Shown here piece by piece: positions 1 to 13,131 of a stretch of DNA of 64,000 bases (the first letter of the stretch is position 1; each line of letters opens with the position of its first letter). The notes under the pieces are model-generated. The model did no database searches, was not told where the DNA came from, and was given only the letters and a program-made list of their open reading frames with translations. Both the position numbers and the translations under genes were made by a program. This DNA is from Cetorhinus maximus (taxonomy: Eukaryota), in contig NC_135883.1 of the NCBI RefSeq assembly GCF_964194155.1, forward strand, positions 67,208,001-67,272,000, read 5' to 3'.

Positions 1-345
1 AAAACCATTGCCACTCCCTTTGCCTTTTGTTCCTTTGTCATTTAATCTCTACTGCCCGCTACTGTATTCCAGACCTTCCCTTCTGTTCTCCCCATCACAT
101 GTCTACCTTCTTGAAAAAGTGTTATATTCAACTTGAGACATTGGCCAGGATTTTATGGCACTGCCACAGCGTGTCTACTCTCCCACCCCGGCAGATGCGG
201 CGAGCCGTTTAAATCTCCATTCAGTTCGGCGGGACCATAATATCCCGCTGGGCAGGGGAGCTGTAAAGTCCTGGCCATTATTCTGTTTTTCATTCCACAG
301 ATGCTGCCAGAATTGCTGAGTATTTCCAGCACTTTGTTTTTATTA
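1..345 (+). mobile_element. Penelope-like element terminal fragment, split by a MITE
   Basis: Ends in ...CCACAGATGCTGCCAGAATTGCTGAGTATTTCCAGCACTTTGTTTTT, the same motif as the inserts at 18.0 kb and 40.2 kb. Family assignment is from recall. Confidence 0.5.
143..276. mobile_element. Short Harbinger-type MITE (134 bp)
   Basis: TIRs GGCCAGGATTTTA / TAAAGTCCTGGCC; ATT on both sides (140-142, 277-279) as 3-bp TSD. Confidence 0.75.
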
Positions 346-1211
346 CAACAGTTTCACACTTGTTTACTGGACACTATAAACACAACAGTTTCGCACTGGT
401 GCATAGTTTCACATTTGTGCCCTGCAATACCCCAAACAGAACTGTTTAATACTTGTCCTTCCCAATAACCCGAACACAATGGCTTTATACTCTTGTATGG
501 AGTTTCACACTCGTTCTCTGTGACCACTGACCCAAGCAACACTTTGGTCCACATGAGCCTAGGAGATATAATAATGTGATGTTGATTTGCAGACTGTCGA
601 GATCAACAATGCAGTTTATGTTTTATTTAAACCACCACTGGTTCTGCCCCACACACACCCGGTTTGGTTCTGCCCCACACACACACCCGGTTACAGTCAG
701 AGGTTTGAAGAACTCTAAGCACTCATAGCAAGCAAGCCCACGATTAGTTGGCAATGTATTTAACATGGGAAAGTGAACTTCAACCATTTTGCTTTTTTTA
801 AAAAAATCCTTTTAATTTAGCAGTGTGCGTCAATTAGTTTCAGTCTTATTGCAGTGAATTATGAGCCCTTTTCTGTGCTATTCTGCAGCCAGATTTTTAA
901 CTGCTTGCACTGGATTAACCAGAGTGCTTTCACACTTCATTCCATTATTGTTGAAGTTATTTAGTGTACACTTCACAGCAAACTGCACTTGCTCATTTTT
1001 ATGACTGGGTATCTTTTACATCCTTTCAAGGAAGTTTCCTTGCATTACAGTTTTTAGTTAATTTCTTGTTACCCTGTACATCTGGGATAGGTTATGACGT
1101 GGCTGTGCCAATTAAAATTTTAATTGTGAGGCCAATGCAAAACTGAGTATTTAGCCATGAGTCAGTGTTTAGCCAGATTTATCACCATACTCCAGTTACA
1201 AGGTGAGTGTT

Positions 1212-1466
1212 TGTAGTATTAGGGTGTTCAGGGCTGAAAGAGTTAATGTGTGGTACTGGAGAACAGTACCACCCTCATGATGATCTAAGAGAGAGTTATA
1301 TGACCAAGAGTCTTGACTGTAGAAGGACAATACTCATTGCTCAAACTGAGCAACACCTAGTCTTGTAGTTATGCAAATAGTTATGTTCATCCAATAAACA
1401 TTTATTGCTTAGACATATCCATGTATCCACAACTGTTCCTTCACCAGTCAAAACCAACATACAACA
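1212..1466 (+). repeat. 5' LTR of Gypsy-type retrotransposon
   Basis: Starts TGTAGT, ends ACA, contains AATAAA; directly followed by PBS-like TGGCGGCAGC; homologous to 11389-11634. Confidence 0.85.
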
Positions 1467-1789
1467 TGGCGGCAGCAACGAAGGACCCCAAAATCAACTT
1501 TAAAAATCTTTGCAAGTCTGACCAGAAAAAAGGCATCAAAACTGAAACTTCAGTAAGACAGCTGAAAATTGCCTATAGAGCTCTATCGGAGGCATGGAGG
1601 CTGAGAGGCAGAGAAGAAATCAACTGTCCAGCTTACTAAGAGCTACGCCATAACACGTGGAGGTCTATGAAAAATCCTGATCCAGCAGTAGAGTCAAAGG
1701 ACCTGGCAAAGATCGAGGAAGGATGAGCAAACCTTGAAAAGGGCTTAAAAGTTTTCAAATTTACAGTGCAGTAAGCACACAGGGAAATA

Positions 1790-2672
1790 TGTTACCCCCT
1801 ATACATGAGCTTTTATTTTCCGCAACAGCCTTTGATGTGGCACTTTATCAAATGCCTTCTGGAAATCCAAGTACAGTACTTCCACTGGTTCCCCTTTATC
1901 CACAGCACATGTTACTTCCTCACAAAACTTCAATAAGTTGGTTAAACATGATTTCCCTTTCACAAAACTATGTTGACTCTGCCTCATTACCTTGAACTTA
2001 TCCAAATGCCCTGCTATAGCTTCTTTAATAATAGCTTCTAACATTTTCCCTATGACAGATGTTAACCACCTAGCCTGTAGTTTGCTCCTTTCTGCCTCCC
2101 TCCTCTTTTGAATAATGGAGTTACATTGGCTATCTTTCAATCTAATGGGACCTTCCCCGAGTCTAGGGAGTTTTGGAAAATTAAAACCAATGCATCAACT
2201 ATCTCAATAGCCATTTCTTTTAAGACTGGAGGATGAAGTCCATCAGGACCCGGGAACTTGTCAGCTCACAGCTCCAACAATTTACTCAGTACCACTTCCC
2301 TGGTGTTTGTAATTTTCCTGAGTGCCCCCTTCCCTTCCATTTCCTGATTTATAGCTGCTTCTGGGATGTTACTTGTATCCTCTATAATGAAGACTGATGC
2401 AAAATACCTGTTCAATTCATCTGTTAGTTCCTTGCTTTCCATTATTAATTCTCTAGACTCACTTTCTATAGGACCAACGCTCACTTTGTTAACACGTTTC
2501 TTTTTTAAATATTTATATAAACTCTTCCTATCTGTTTTTATATTTCTGGCTAGCTTTCTCTCTTACTATAATTTTTTCAATCCTATTAATCTTTTAGTCA
2601 TCCTTTGCTGTTCCTTATATCCTGTACAATCTTCTGACCTTCCACCTATTTTTGCACAATTATATGCTTTTT
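1790..2672 (-). mobile_element. CR1 LINE ORF2 fragment (RT N-terminal half); continues at 5713
   Basis: Translations SQHSFVKGKSCLTNL, YLDFQKAFDKVPH, ELNRYFASVF. Confidence 0.9.
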
Positions 2673-5600
2673 CAGGAGGTGGGGGGGGTGGGGGGGGAGT
2701 TGGGGGCAGGTTTAAACTAGATTGGCAGGGGGTGGGAACCTGAGGGCAAAATCAGAGGAGGGAACGGGAGATGGAGAATTAGTGAGTGACTCTGAAAGAC
2801 AGAAGAAGCACAGGTTAAAAAGTTTACAGCACAGGAATTTGGCAGGGTTAACAGTTATATATGTAAATACAAGGAGTATAGCAAATAAAGCCAATGAGCT
2901 GAGGGCTCATAGACACATGGCAACATGTATCGTTGCTATTAAGGAAACTTGGCTTAAGGAGCAGCAAAAATGGCAGCTCAACATCCTTGAATATAGAGTT
3001 TTCAGGCTGGATAAGGAGGGGGATGAAAAGGTGGGGGTGTAGCATTATTGGTTAAAGAATCAATTACGGCTGTGAGGAGGGATGATGTACTAAATGAGGC
3101 ATCAAATGAGACCATATGGGTTGAGGTCAAATAAAAAAGGGGCAGTCACACTGCTAGGAGTGCACTATAGACCACCAAATAGTGGAAGGGAGTTGGAAGA
3201 GCAAATATGTAGAAGGATTTCTGAATGCACAAACAATAGAGCAGTAATCGTTGGGGACTTCAACTACCCTAATCAATTGGGATACGAACAGTGTGAAGGG
3301 CACAGAGGGTGCAAAATTCTTGGACTGCATTCAAGAGAACTTTTTTAGCCAGCACGTAACAAGCCCAATGAGAGGGGATGCAGTTTTAGATTTAGTCTTA
3401 GGAATGAAGCTGGGCAAGTGGATGAAGTAGCAGTGGGGGACCATTTTGGAGTTAGTGACCAAATTTAGCATCATTGTGGAAAAGGGCAATGATAGAACAG
3501 GAGTGAAAGTTCTAAATTGGGGGAAGACAAATTTTACAAAACTCAGAGCTGGTGAGAGTGGACTGGATACAGCTATTAGAAGGGAAAACAGTGTCAAATC
3601 AGTGGGAGGCTTTCCAAACCGAAGTTCTACGGGCACAGTGTGGACATGTCCCCACAAAAAAAAGGTGGTACTTCCAAATCTAGAGCCCCCTGGTTATCCA
3701 GAAGCATACAGGCCAAGATAAAGCAGAAAAAGAAAGCTTATGACAGTCGCAAAAGACTTAATACTATAGAAAGCCTGGAGGAGTATAGAAAGTACAGGGG
3801 TGAAGTGAAAATAGAAACTCAGAAAGCAAAAATAGGATACAAATAAATATTGGCAGGTAAAATCAAAGAAAACCCAAAGATGTTTTACCAGTACCTTAAG
3901 AGCAAGGGAATAACTAAGGGAAGGGTAGGGCCTATCAGAAATGTATATGGTAACTTGTGCGTTGATGCTGAAGATGTGGGCAGGGTTCTCAATGAGTACT
4001 TTGTCTTTGTCTTCACTAAGGAGAGGGATGATGCAAACATTCTAATTAAAGAGGAGGAGTGCGAAATATTAGACACAATAAGCAGAGTGAGAGAGGAATT
4101 ACAGGAGCGATTGACATCCTTGAAGTGGATAAGTCACCAGGGCCAGATGGATTGTTTCCCAGGCTGTTAAAAGAAGCCAGGGAGGAAATAGCGGATACTC
4201 TGAGGATCATTTTCCAATCCTCACTAGATACAGGCGAGGTCCCAGAGGATTGGAGGTCTGCAAATGTTGTACCATTATTTAAAAAGGGTGCAAGGGATAG
4301 GACAGAAAATTATAGGCCGGTCAGTCTGACCTCGGTGGGGTCAAGTTATTGGAATCAATTCTGAGAGACAGGTTAAACTGTCACTTAGAAAGACACAGAT
4401 TGATCAGGGATAGTCAACATAGTTTTGTTAGGGGAAGATCGTGTCTTACTAACTTAATAGAAATTTTTGAGGAAGTAACAAGGAGGATTGATGAGGATAA
4501 TGCAGTGGATGTTGCCTACATGGATTTTAGTAAGGAATTTGACAGGGTCCCACATGGCAGACTGGTCAGAAAAGTGAGATCCCATGGGCTACAGGGGAAG
4601 GTAGCGAGTTGGATCCAAAATTGGCTCAGCGACAGGAAACAAAAGGTAATGATGGATGTATTTGCAAATGGAAAACAGTTTCCAGTGGTGTTCCACAGCT
4701 AAGTGTTGTGGCCCTTGCTGTTTGTTGTGTATATTAATGATTTGGAAATAAACGCGGGAGGTATGATTGGGAAATTTGTAGGTGACAGAAAAATTGGCTG
4801 TGTAGTTGATAGTGAAGAGGATAGCTGTTGTCTCCAAAATGATATCAATGGTTTGGTTGAATGAGCAGGAAAGTGACAAATGGAATTCAATCCAGAAAAG
4901 TGTGAGTTAATGCATTTGGGGAGGGCAAACAAAGCAAGGGAATACTCAATGAATGGGAGGATATTGAGAGGGGTTGAGGAAGTGAAGAGACCTTGGAGTG
5001 CATGTCCACAGGTCCCTGAAGGTGGCAGGACAGGTGGACAAGGTGGTAAAGAAAGCATATGGAATGCTTTCTTTTATTGGGCGAGGTATTGAATGCAAAA
5101 GCAGGAATGTAATGATGGAACTGTATAAAACACTGGTTAGGCCACAGCTGGAATTTTTTGTACAGTTCTGGTCACCACATTACAAGAAGGGCATAATTGC
5201 TTTGGAGAGAATACAGAGAAGATTTACAAGAATGCTACCACGGCTTGAAAATCGTAGCAATGAAGAAAGATTGGATAGGCTAGGACTGTTTTCCTTAGAA
5301 CAGAGGAGGCTGAGGGGTGATACAAGTGAGGCGTACAAAATTATGAGAGGCCTAGATAGGGTAGACAATAAAGACTTATTTCCCCTAGCTGAGGGGTCAA
5401 TTACCAAAGGGCATAGATTTCAGGTGATTGGTTGAAAGGTTAGAGGGGACATGAGGAAATACTTTTTCATGCAGAGGGTGGTGGGCATCTGGAATTCACT
5501 GCCTAAACTGGTGGTTGAGGCTGAAATGCTCAATCATTTAAAAGGTACCTGGACCTGCATCTGAAGTGCTGTAACCTGCAAGGCTACGGACCAGGTGCTG

Positions 5601-5712
5601 GAAAGTGCAATTAAAATGGGCAGCTAGTTTTTTTTTTCATCTTTTTCTGGCTGGCACAGATATGATGGGCTGCACGGCCTTTTTCTGCACCTTTACTTTT
5701 TTATGGTTCTAT
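2673..5712 (+). mobile_element. CR1 LINE, near-complete ORF2 (EN+RT) with frameshifts and stops, nested in the minus-strand CR1
   Basis: EN motifs YVNTRSI, YRPPNS, GDFNYP; RT motifs KSPGPDG, YRPVSLTS, YMDFSKEFDRVPH; C-terminal LFSLEQRRLRGD; 3' UTR ending TATGGTTCTAT. Confidence 0.92.
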
Positions 5713-8700
5713 CTTTAAACTTTCTAGTTAACCATGGATGGTGTGTCCATCCCTCGAAAGTTTTCTTACTCGCTGGAATGTATCTACTGTGTGTATTCTG
5801 AAATATCCCCTTAAGTGTTTGCCACTGCATCTCTATTGACCTATCCCTTAACCTAATTTGCCAATTCACTTTAGCCAGCTCTGCTTTCAGGCCCTCATAA
5901 TTGCCCTTATTTAAGTTTATAAACATAGTCTTAGATCCACTCCACTCACCCTCAAACTGAATGTCAAATTCAATCATATTATGGTCGCTGCTACCTAGGG
6001 GTGCCTTCACTATGGGCAGGATTTCCTAGTCGGTGTGTGGAGGCGGGACCCGCACGCCAACGCGAGATGACGTCGGGCGGAACTCTCGACATCACCCTGC
6101 GTCATTTCAATTTTCAGGTCGGCTGGGGCACAGCCAAATCAGCTGTGCACCCGCCGACCTGTTAGCAGCCAATTGAGGCCATTTAAAAAGTAATTGCAGT
6201 ACTTAAAGGACCTGCTCGTCCAACCTTAAGCTTGGCAGGCAGGCTGGGAGCCCTGGCAGGCTTCAGAGAAAGCATGAAACCTCATCCACGGGCGGGATGA
6301 GGTTTCATGTAGGTTTTTAAAAATTTAATAAAAGTTTAACTAAAAGTGATGGACATGTCCCAACTCATGTGACAGTGTCACATGAGGGGACATGTCAGGG
6401 AAATTTTATTTTTCTATTTTTAACATTTTTGAATTTGGCGCCAATCTCCCTGAGGCAGCACTTAGATCTTTTGCGCACTCTCAGCTTAGGGAATTCCTCC
6501 TCCCCCCAACGCGCACAGGGAGCGCATAGCACTTCCTGGCGGACATCACGCTGGGCAGGCCTTAATTGGCCCGCCCACGTAAAATGGCTGTGTGCCGAAC
6601 GGAGGCACGCCTGCACACGCCCATTCCTGAACTTCCCCCCCAACTGGGGGCAAATTCTGCCCTATGAGATCATTAATTAATCCCATCTTGTTGCTCAAAA
6701 CGAGGTCTAGTATAGCCTGCTCTCTGGTTGGCTCCAGCACATGCTGTTCTAAGAATCTATCCCAAAAACATTCTATGAACTCCTCATATAGGCTACCTTT
6801 GCCCATCTGACTTTTCCAGTCTATATGTAGATTAAAATCTCCCATGATTATCGCTGTGCCTTTCTGACAAGCACCAATTATTTCTTCCCTTATGCTCCAT
6901 CCTACCATGTGGTTACTGTTAGGGGGCCTGTACACAACTCCCACAAGTGACTTCTTGCCTTTACCATTTCTCATCTCTACCCAACCGTTTCCACATCCTT
7001 GTTTCGCGAACTTAGGTCACCCTTTACTATTGTGCTAATACCATCATTAACTAACAAAGCCACCCCTCCACCTTTTCCTAGCTTCCTGTCCTTTCTAAAG
7101 GTCCTGTACCCTTCAATATTCAGGTCCCAATCCATGCCCTCCTGCAGCCATGTCACTATAATGGCTATCAAATCGTACTTATTTATTTCTATGTGTGCTC
7201 TCAGTTCATCTGTTTTGTTTCAAATGCTTCGTGCATTCAGATACAGAGCCTTAGTCTTATCCTTTTATTCTCTTTATAGCTTCTAGTCTCATCTGTTGAT
7301 TTACTGTTAGATTTGCATTCTCTATTCCTTCCTGTCACAGTCTAGTTTTCATTTCCCGTAATAATACCTTTCTCTTTTGCCTTGTCTCTGCTCTTTGATT
7401 TACCACATCTTCCCAAGTTTGATCCCCTGCCCCCACTACTTAGTTTAAAACTCTGTCTACTTCCCTAGTTATGCTGCCTCGCAAAAACACCAGTCCCAGC
7501 ATGGTTCAGGTATAGATTGTCCCAACAGTACAGATCCCACTTTCCCCAGTGCTGGTGCCAGTGCCCCATGAACCAGAACCCATTTCTCCCACACCAGTCT
7601 TTGAGCCACACATTCATCTCCCTAATCTGATTTGTTTTATGTCAATGTGCACTTGGCTGAGGTAATAATCCAGAGATCATGACCTGTGAGGTTCTGCTTC
7701 TTAATTTGGTGCCAAGATCCTCATACTGACTAAACAGAACCCCTTTCTTTGTCCTGCCTATGTCGTTGGTACCAACATGGACCATAACAACTGGGTCCTC
7801 TCCCTCCCACTGCAAGTTCCTCTCCAGCCCCAAGCAGATGTCCTGAACTGGGCAGGCAACAGAGCCGTCTGGACTCACGCTCTTTGCTGCAGAGAACGGT
7901 GCCAATCCCTCTGACTATACTGTTCCCTACTACCACTACATTCCTTGTGACTCCCCCCGCTTGAATGGCATCCTCTACCTCAGTGCCATGGCCAGTGAGT
8001 TCATCCACCCTCTCATACAAACAAGCTGAAAAAACCTCAAACCTGTTGGGCAATTGCAAGGGTCAAGGCTCCTTACCTCCCTCACTTGCAGTCACGCCCT
8101 CCTGTCCCTGACCACAGACCAAACAGAAGACCCTATCCTAAGGGATGTGGCCGCCTCCTGGAATAAAGTGTCCAGGTAACTTTTCCTCTTCCTGATATGC
8201 CCTAGTGTCTGCAGCTCGGCCTCCAGCTCAATAACTCGGAGCTGAAGTTTCTGCAGTCGCAAACACTTACTGCAGACATGTTTGGCCTGGATCACATCGG
8301 TATCCAGAAGCTCCCACATCCTGCAAACACAGCACATCACCTGCCCTACCATCTCCAATATATGTTAATTAATTAATAATAGCTAATTAATTAATTAGAA
8401 TAATAAAGCCAACACCACCCAATAGGTTTTAGCACTACCAGTAAACTTTGCAACACTGATAAAACAATACAGTACTTACAACTAATAATGCCAGTTACTG
8501 ATTTACCTGCTCCTTCTGCTGCACCAAAGTGGAAATCAAATACTGGAGGCTGAAAAAGAGTACAAGAAAGAAAGCACCTCCTTCCCATCCTTCACTGAAC
8601 TCCCCACTCAGCACACTTTACTCCCTGCAGTAAACCTTACCTAAAGCACCCCTTTCCCCCTATGCACCGAATTCACACTTTGAACCAAATTTCCAAAGCT

Positions 8701-8750
8701 ACTCACTCAGTCTCTGTCTCACTCAGGCGAAGTCTCCCTCGCTGACCAGA
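5713..8750 (-). mobile_element. 5' part of minus-strand CR1 LINE: EN domain, ORF1 (zinc finger plus SGNH esterase) and 5' UTR
   Basis: EN: GVVYRPPNS, MGDFNL, LGSSDHN. ORF1: CCVCRMWE..CSKC plus coiled coil (8092-8358), LPNRFEVF, VVVVGNSIVRG, VHVGTNDI. Confidence 0.9.
6014..6662. mobile_element. Harbinger-type MITE (649 bp) inside the CR1 EN region
   Basis: TIRs GGGCAGGATTT / AAATTCTGCCC; TSD TAT (6011-6013, 6663-6665); CR1 sequence is contiguous across it. Confidence 0.88.
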
Positions 8751-9862
8751 CTCCCAAGAATGTCTCCTTCCCTATGGCTCCTTGTTCTGGTGTGCAGTGT
8801 CCATGTCACTCAGATGTGAAACCTTGGTTCCTGCACAGGATAAAGGCAGGTGTCTCAGTCCAGGGCCTCTTCCCTGTGTTTTGTGCAGCCTTCAGACTAA
8901 AGTGATGGTCCGGCCTCACACTCCCTGGACACATTACTGATGCCTGCACTTCGACGGTGCTCATCATTGCTGCCAGAATGTAGTGGGCAGGTGTCACAGA
9001 GTTCCATCATTCTCTCTGTGTGCTCTCAGCACCTTTAAGGTGGGGCTGGCCCCCACCTCGTCAGCATCTGTGACCAGTGACGCTGTGCTCCTGAAGGGCT
9101 CAGGTGTTGAAGGTGGACAAAGGATCAAGTTTCACGGCTGCATCTCCATGATATGACCCTGATCACAGAGCGCAAGTGAGCTGCCCTCAGCCAGACAGGA
9201 GTCAGACATCCACAGAGGCTATGTGAAGATCTATACAGTGTCCTCACTGCATGTCGTCATCCTCCTCCTGGAATATAGCAACTATTAGGGGCTGCACTGC
9301 ATCTCCGTGACAGGAGCACTCTCACAGAGGGTATTCGCACTACCATAAGCCAGACTAGAATCAAATGTTCACAGATGCAATGTGAGGATCTATGTTGTCT
9401 CCTTACTGCATGTTGTCATCATCCCCCACAAATATAGCAGCTATGAGGGCCTCCTGGCCGTGCCTGCCTCGTCTGGCCAGTGCGATGGCCTCATTGCTGT
9501 CGTCGTTGCCTTTGAGGACCCCTTCACCCTCATCCACATCGATGTGGCTCTTTTGCGACATATGCAGGAGCCCCAGCTGCACCTTCTTCCTGTGGGTGCT
9601 GCTCCTCCCTCTGCATAGCCAGATGCCTCCATCGCTCTCCTCTCCGTCGTCTCTGCTCTCTGTATGCCACTAGGCATACAGCTGGTACACCAGGCTCCAT
9701 TCTCCTGATGTACTCCTCCTGCAGCAACCTGTCTTGGTCAAACCTGAAGGCCCCTTAACACATCCCGGAGAGTGCTGGCCACCACTCGGATGGCCAGAGA
9801 TGGCTGCCCAAAACCCCACCCACCTCCACCTGACTGATTGGCAGCAGCTTTGCAGAATGTTA
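8750..9862 (-). mobile_element. Internally deleted Harbinger copy, same family as the 41-48 kb element
   Basis: Reverse complement matches segments near 41.85-42.2 kb, 43.13-43.18 kb and 44.93-45.65 kb; transposase core is missing. Confidence 0.8.
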
Positions 9863-9989
9863 TCATTGTGAAAGGCTGGGGCACTTTGGAAAAATGTGCA
9901 GAACTAAAACCCCTAGATATACAGAAAATCACGAGAGAATCGTTGCACACAAGGACATTAATGAAATAGAGGAGTCTCACCAAAAAGAG

Positions 9990-10330
9990 GAACACCAATG
10001 CTTCCTAGGCCAGATCAAAGATTCAAGATACACTTTCTGGAATGCGGACATTTTTGTCACACCACTAATTTCATACTGGATACAGGAGCAAGTGTCACAT
10101 TCTTGTCCGCTGAAGAACCAAGGCTAGCAAACCTATGGCTGAGGACAAATGAAACACTGCTGTATGGTCCAGGAGGGATCAAACTACCAGTCATGGGCAT
10201 GTTATGAGCAGCAGTCCAATACAGGAGCAAAGAGATACTGGAAACATTGTATGTTATTTGCAATCAGGAATTTTCTCTTCTGAGCTGAAATGCCTGTGCC
10301 AACCTCAACCTCATCAAAATAGTGGAAGAC
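9990..10330 (+). pseudogene. Retroviral-type aspartic protease remnant of the Gypsy element
   Basis: CFLGQI..FWNADIFV / TNFILDTGASVTFL..LYGPGG with frameshift and stops; paralogous to 60819-61004. Confidence 0.8.
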
Positions 10331-11388
10331 GTCAATGAACTGACAGTCATTGGTGATGACAAATCAGAGGCTCTCAAACCATCCAAATGCTCTGATGACC
10401 TGGATTGGGACTTCAGTGTGGATTTTTCGACACTCTTCACTGAGGTTGATAGTCCACCCTTTTTCCAAGATGACGACCAGGGGACAGAGAGTAAACTTGT
10501 TCTTACTGAAGTAGTACTGAACCAATTGGACCAGCAAATATCTGGGTGCAACCATGATCCTTCATCGCTCTGTGCTACAGCTGAGAAGGTGGAAGATGAA
10601 ACTCGGGTGACAGAACACACTGTTACAATACCACATTCATCTGACAGAGGAGACCCATCAAGTGCATCCACACCTATCCATCCACCAAGTGTGGTAATCC
10701 TGGGTGCAAGCAGTCAAACAAGTCCAAACCCAGAGACAGAACTGAACCAGGCGATGTCCACCTCATCCACATGGGAGGACACTGACCTTCCTGTTACACC
10801 TGGGTTACTGGAATTTGAGAGACAGCAAGATGTTGACCATGTGCCGCCCTCACAGTTTCCTGCCCTATCTAAACAATTCATCCCACAGGCAGCAATCCAG
10901 GACTCCCCAAAATTTCACGAACCAGAGGTTACAAGGAGTTATCATTCCAGAAGTAAAGAAAGGCAGATGTACCCGTGAAGTCAACAAAGTTAAGAAACAT
11001 AGTCAATGTAAAGAAAGGAATAAGCTCACAAAATTAAATCTAGAGAGAGAAACAATGGATCGAGAGAGGTACAACAGCAAGGAGAGGAAGAAGAGGTTCA
11101 AAGCTAGACCCAGATAAGAGAGCCTTCCATTATACATTTGGGAGACCAGATGTTGGGAGTCAAACTGACAATGCAACAGATATTGCAACTCTTACCGAAG
11201 ACCAATCAAATCAAAGCCAAGATGTTCAAGGGGAGACTACTGATCTCCCAAGCCTCACAAGGACACGATCAAGGAGAGTCGTGAAACCCGCAGACTGATT
11301 AAACCTATGAAGTCAGAGACTTGGGGGGAGAAGGGGTAGTATGTAAATATAAATGTCAAATATATAATGTCAAAGGCTTGGGGGCAGA

Positions 11389-11634
11389 TGTAGTATTAGG
11401 GTGTTCAGGATTGAAAGAGTTAATGTGTGGGACTGGAGAAACAGTGCCGCCCACATGATGATGAAAGAGAGTCACATGACCAAGACTCTGGAGGGAGAAT
11501 GCACATGGCACAGACTGAGTAACACCTCATCTTGTACATCTGTAAAGAGTTATTTCAGCCAATAAACAGTTATTGTTCAGGTATATCTAATTCTCCACAA
11601 CTGTTCCTTAGTCCATCAAAACCAACATTCGACA
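11389..11634 (+). repeat. 3' LTR of Gypsy-type retrotransposon
   Basis: TGTAGTATTAGGGTGTTCAGG..AAAACCAACATTCGACA; preceded by purine tract; homologous to 1212-1466. Confidence 0.85.
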
Positions 11635-11644
11635 GTGTGTAACT

Positions 11645-12850
11645 AGGATCCAGTGTAAAACTGGGTATGAAACCATGATCCAGTGCAAAGCTGGGTGTTT
11701 ACTCATGATCCAGTGCAAAGCTGGTACCTTAGTGTTCTCCTGTGTGAAACCAAGTATTGAACTATACTCCAGTGTAAAATCAGGCATTTAACTGTACTCT
11801 AATATAAAGCTGGATGTTTACCCATGATTCAATGTAAAGCCAATGATTAAATCGTACCACAGTCTAAGGCCAGGTATTTAACTGCGATCCAGTGTAAAGG
11901 TCAACTGTGATCCAGTGTAGCACCAGGTATTTAACCACGATCCAGTGTAAAGCTGGGTGTTTAGCCATCTTCAAGTGTAGAGCCAGGTATTTAACTGCGA
12001 TCAAGTATAGAGCCAGGTATTTAACCGCGATCAAGTGTAAAGCCAGGTATCTAACCATGACCCAGTGTAAAGCCAGGTATTTAACCGTGATCCAGTGTAA
12101 ACCTGGGTATTTAGCAGTGATCTGGTGTAAAGCCAGGTATTTAACCGTGATCCAGTACAAAGCCAGGTATTTGACAGTGATCTGCTGTAAAACCGGTTAT
12201 TTAACAGTGATCCGGTGTAAAGACAGTTATTTAACAGTGATCTAATGTAAAGCTGGGTGTTTACTGGTGATCCGGTGTAAAGCTTAATTGTGATCCAAAG
12301 TAGAGCCAGCGATTTAACCGTGATCCAGTGTAAAGCTGGGTATTTAACTGTGATCCAGTGAAAAGTTGGGTTTTTAACCATGATCCAGTGTAAAGCCAGG
12401 TATTTACCGGTGACCCAGTGTAAAGGCAGGTATCTACCAGTGATCCAGTGTAAATCCATGTATCTACCAGTGATCCAGTGTAAATCCATGTATCTACCGG
12501 TCATCCAGTATAAAAGCAGATATCTACCGGTGATCCGGTGTAAATCCATGTATCTACCGGTGATCCAGTGTAAAGACAGGTATCTACCGGTGATCCGGTG
12601 TAAAGGTGGGTATCTACCGGTGATCCGGTGTAAAGGTAGGTATCTACTGGTGATCCAGTGTAAATCCATGTATCTACCAGTGATCCAGTGTAAAGGCAGG
12701 TATCTACCAGTGATCCGGTGTAAAGGTAGGTATCTACCGGTGACCCGGTGTAAAGGCAGGTGTTTACCGGTGACCCGGTGTAAAGCTGGGTGTTTACCGG
12801 TAACCCGGTGTAAAGCCGGGTGTTTACCGGTGACCCAGTGTAAAGCCGGG
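11645..12850. repeat. Minisatellite, 30-bp unit (GTGATCCAGTGTAAAGCCAGGTATTTAACC-like), about 40 copies
   Basis: Direct 30-bp periodicity; explains the 10-aa repeat ORFs on both strands. Confidence 0.95.
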
Positions 12851-13131
12851 CGTGTGTCCATGGATATGAATTCCATCTGGGCTCACAGAGTAACAGCAGT
12901 TAGTGAAGCTCAATTGTAACAGCCCCATTCTGCTGTTTGATGGGCTGAGGATATAACCAGCGCCCATCAGGCTTAGTGCTGTCCAATCCATATCTTGGAG
13001 ACCTTTTACACACTGAGATTGCAGCTTTCTAGCCATCTATTAGTTTCAATCTTTCTCCCTGACTGTTTCTGCAGTGTCAGCTGGGACTCCATGGAAAGCA
13101 CTCTCTCACCTCCGGTCAGATGGTAATGGCT

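Larger units (their letters stand above)
1212..11634 (+). mobile_element. Decayed Gypsy-type LTR retrotransposon carrying about 8 kb of nested insertions
   Basis: Paired TG..CA LTRs, PBS at 1467, purine tract GGGGGCAGA before the 3' LTR, flanks GTGTT/GTGTG (5-bp TSD with one mismatch), aspartic protease motif FILDTGAS near 10.07 kb, integrase-tail-like RSRRVVKP near 11.27 kb. Confidence 0.7.

Noticed and set aside
354-554. 66-aa minus-strand ORF after a possible acceptor
   Set aside because: No recognisable homology in any frame and no supporting exons.
640-692. Duplicated GGTTCTGCCCCACACACACCCGG
   Set aside because: Simple local slippage duplication.
12031-12919. 281-aa and 179-aa repeat ORFs on opposite strands
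   Set aside because: Consequence of a 30-bp unit lacking stops; no non-repeat domain or gene context.
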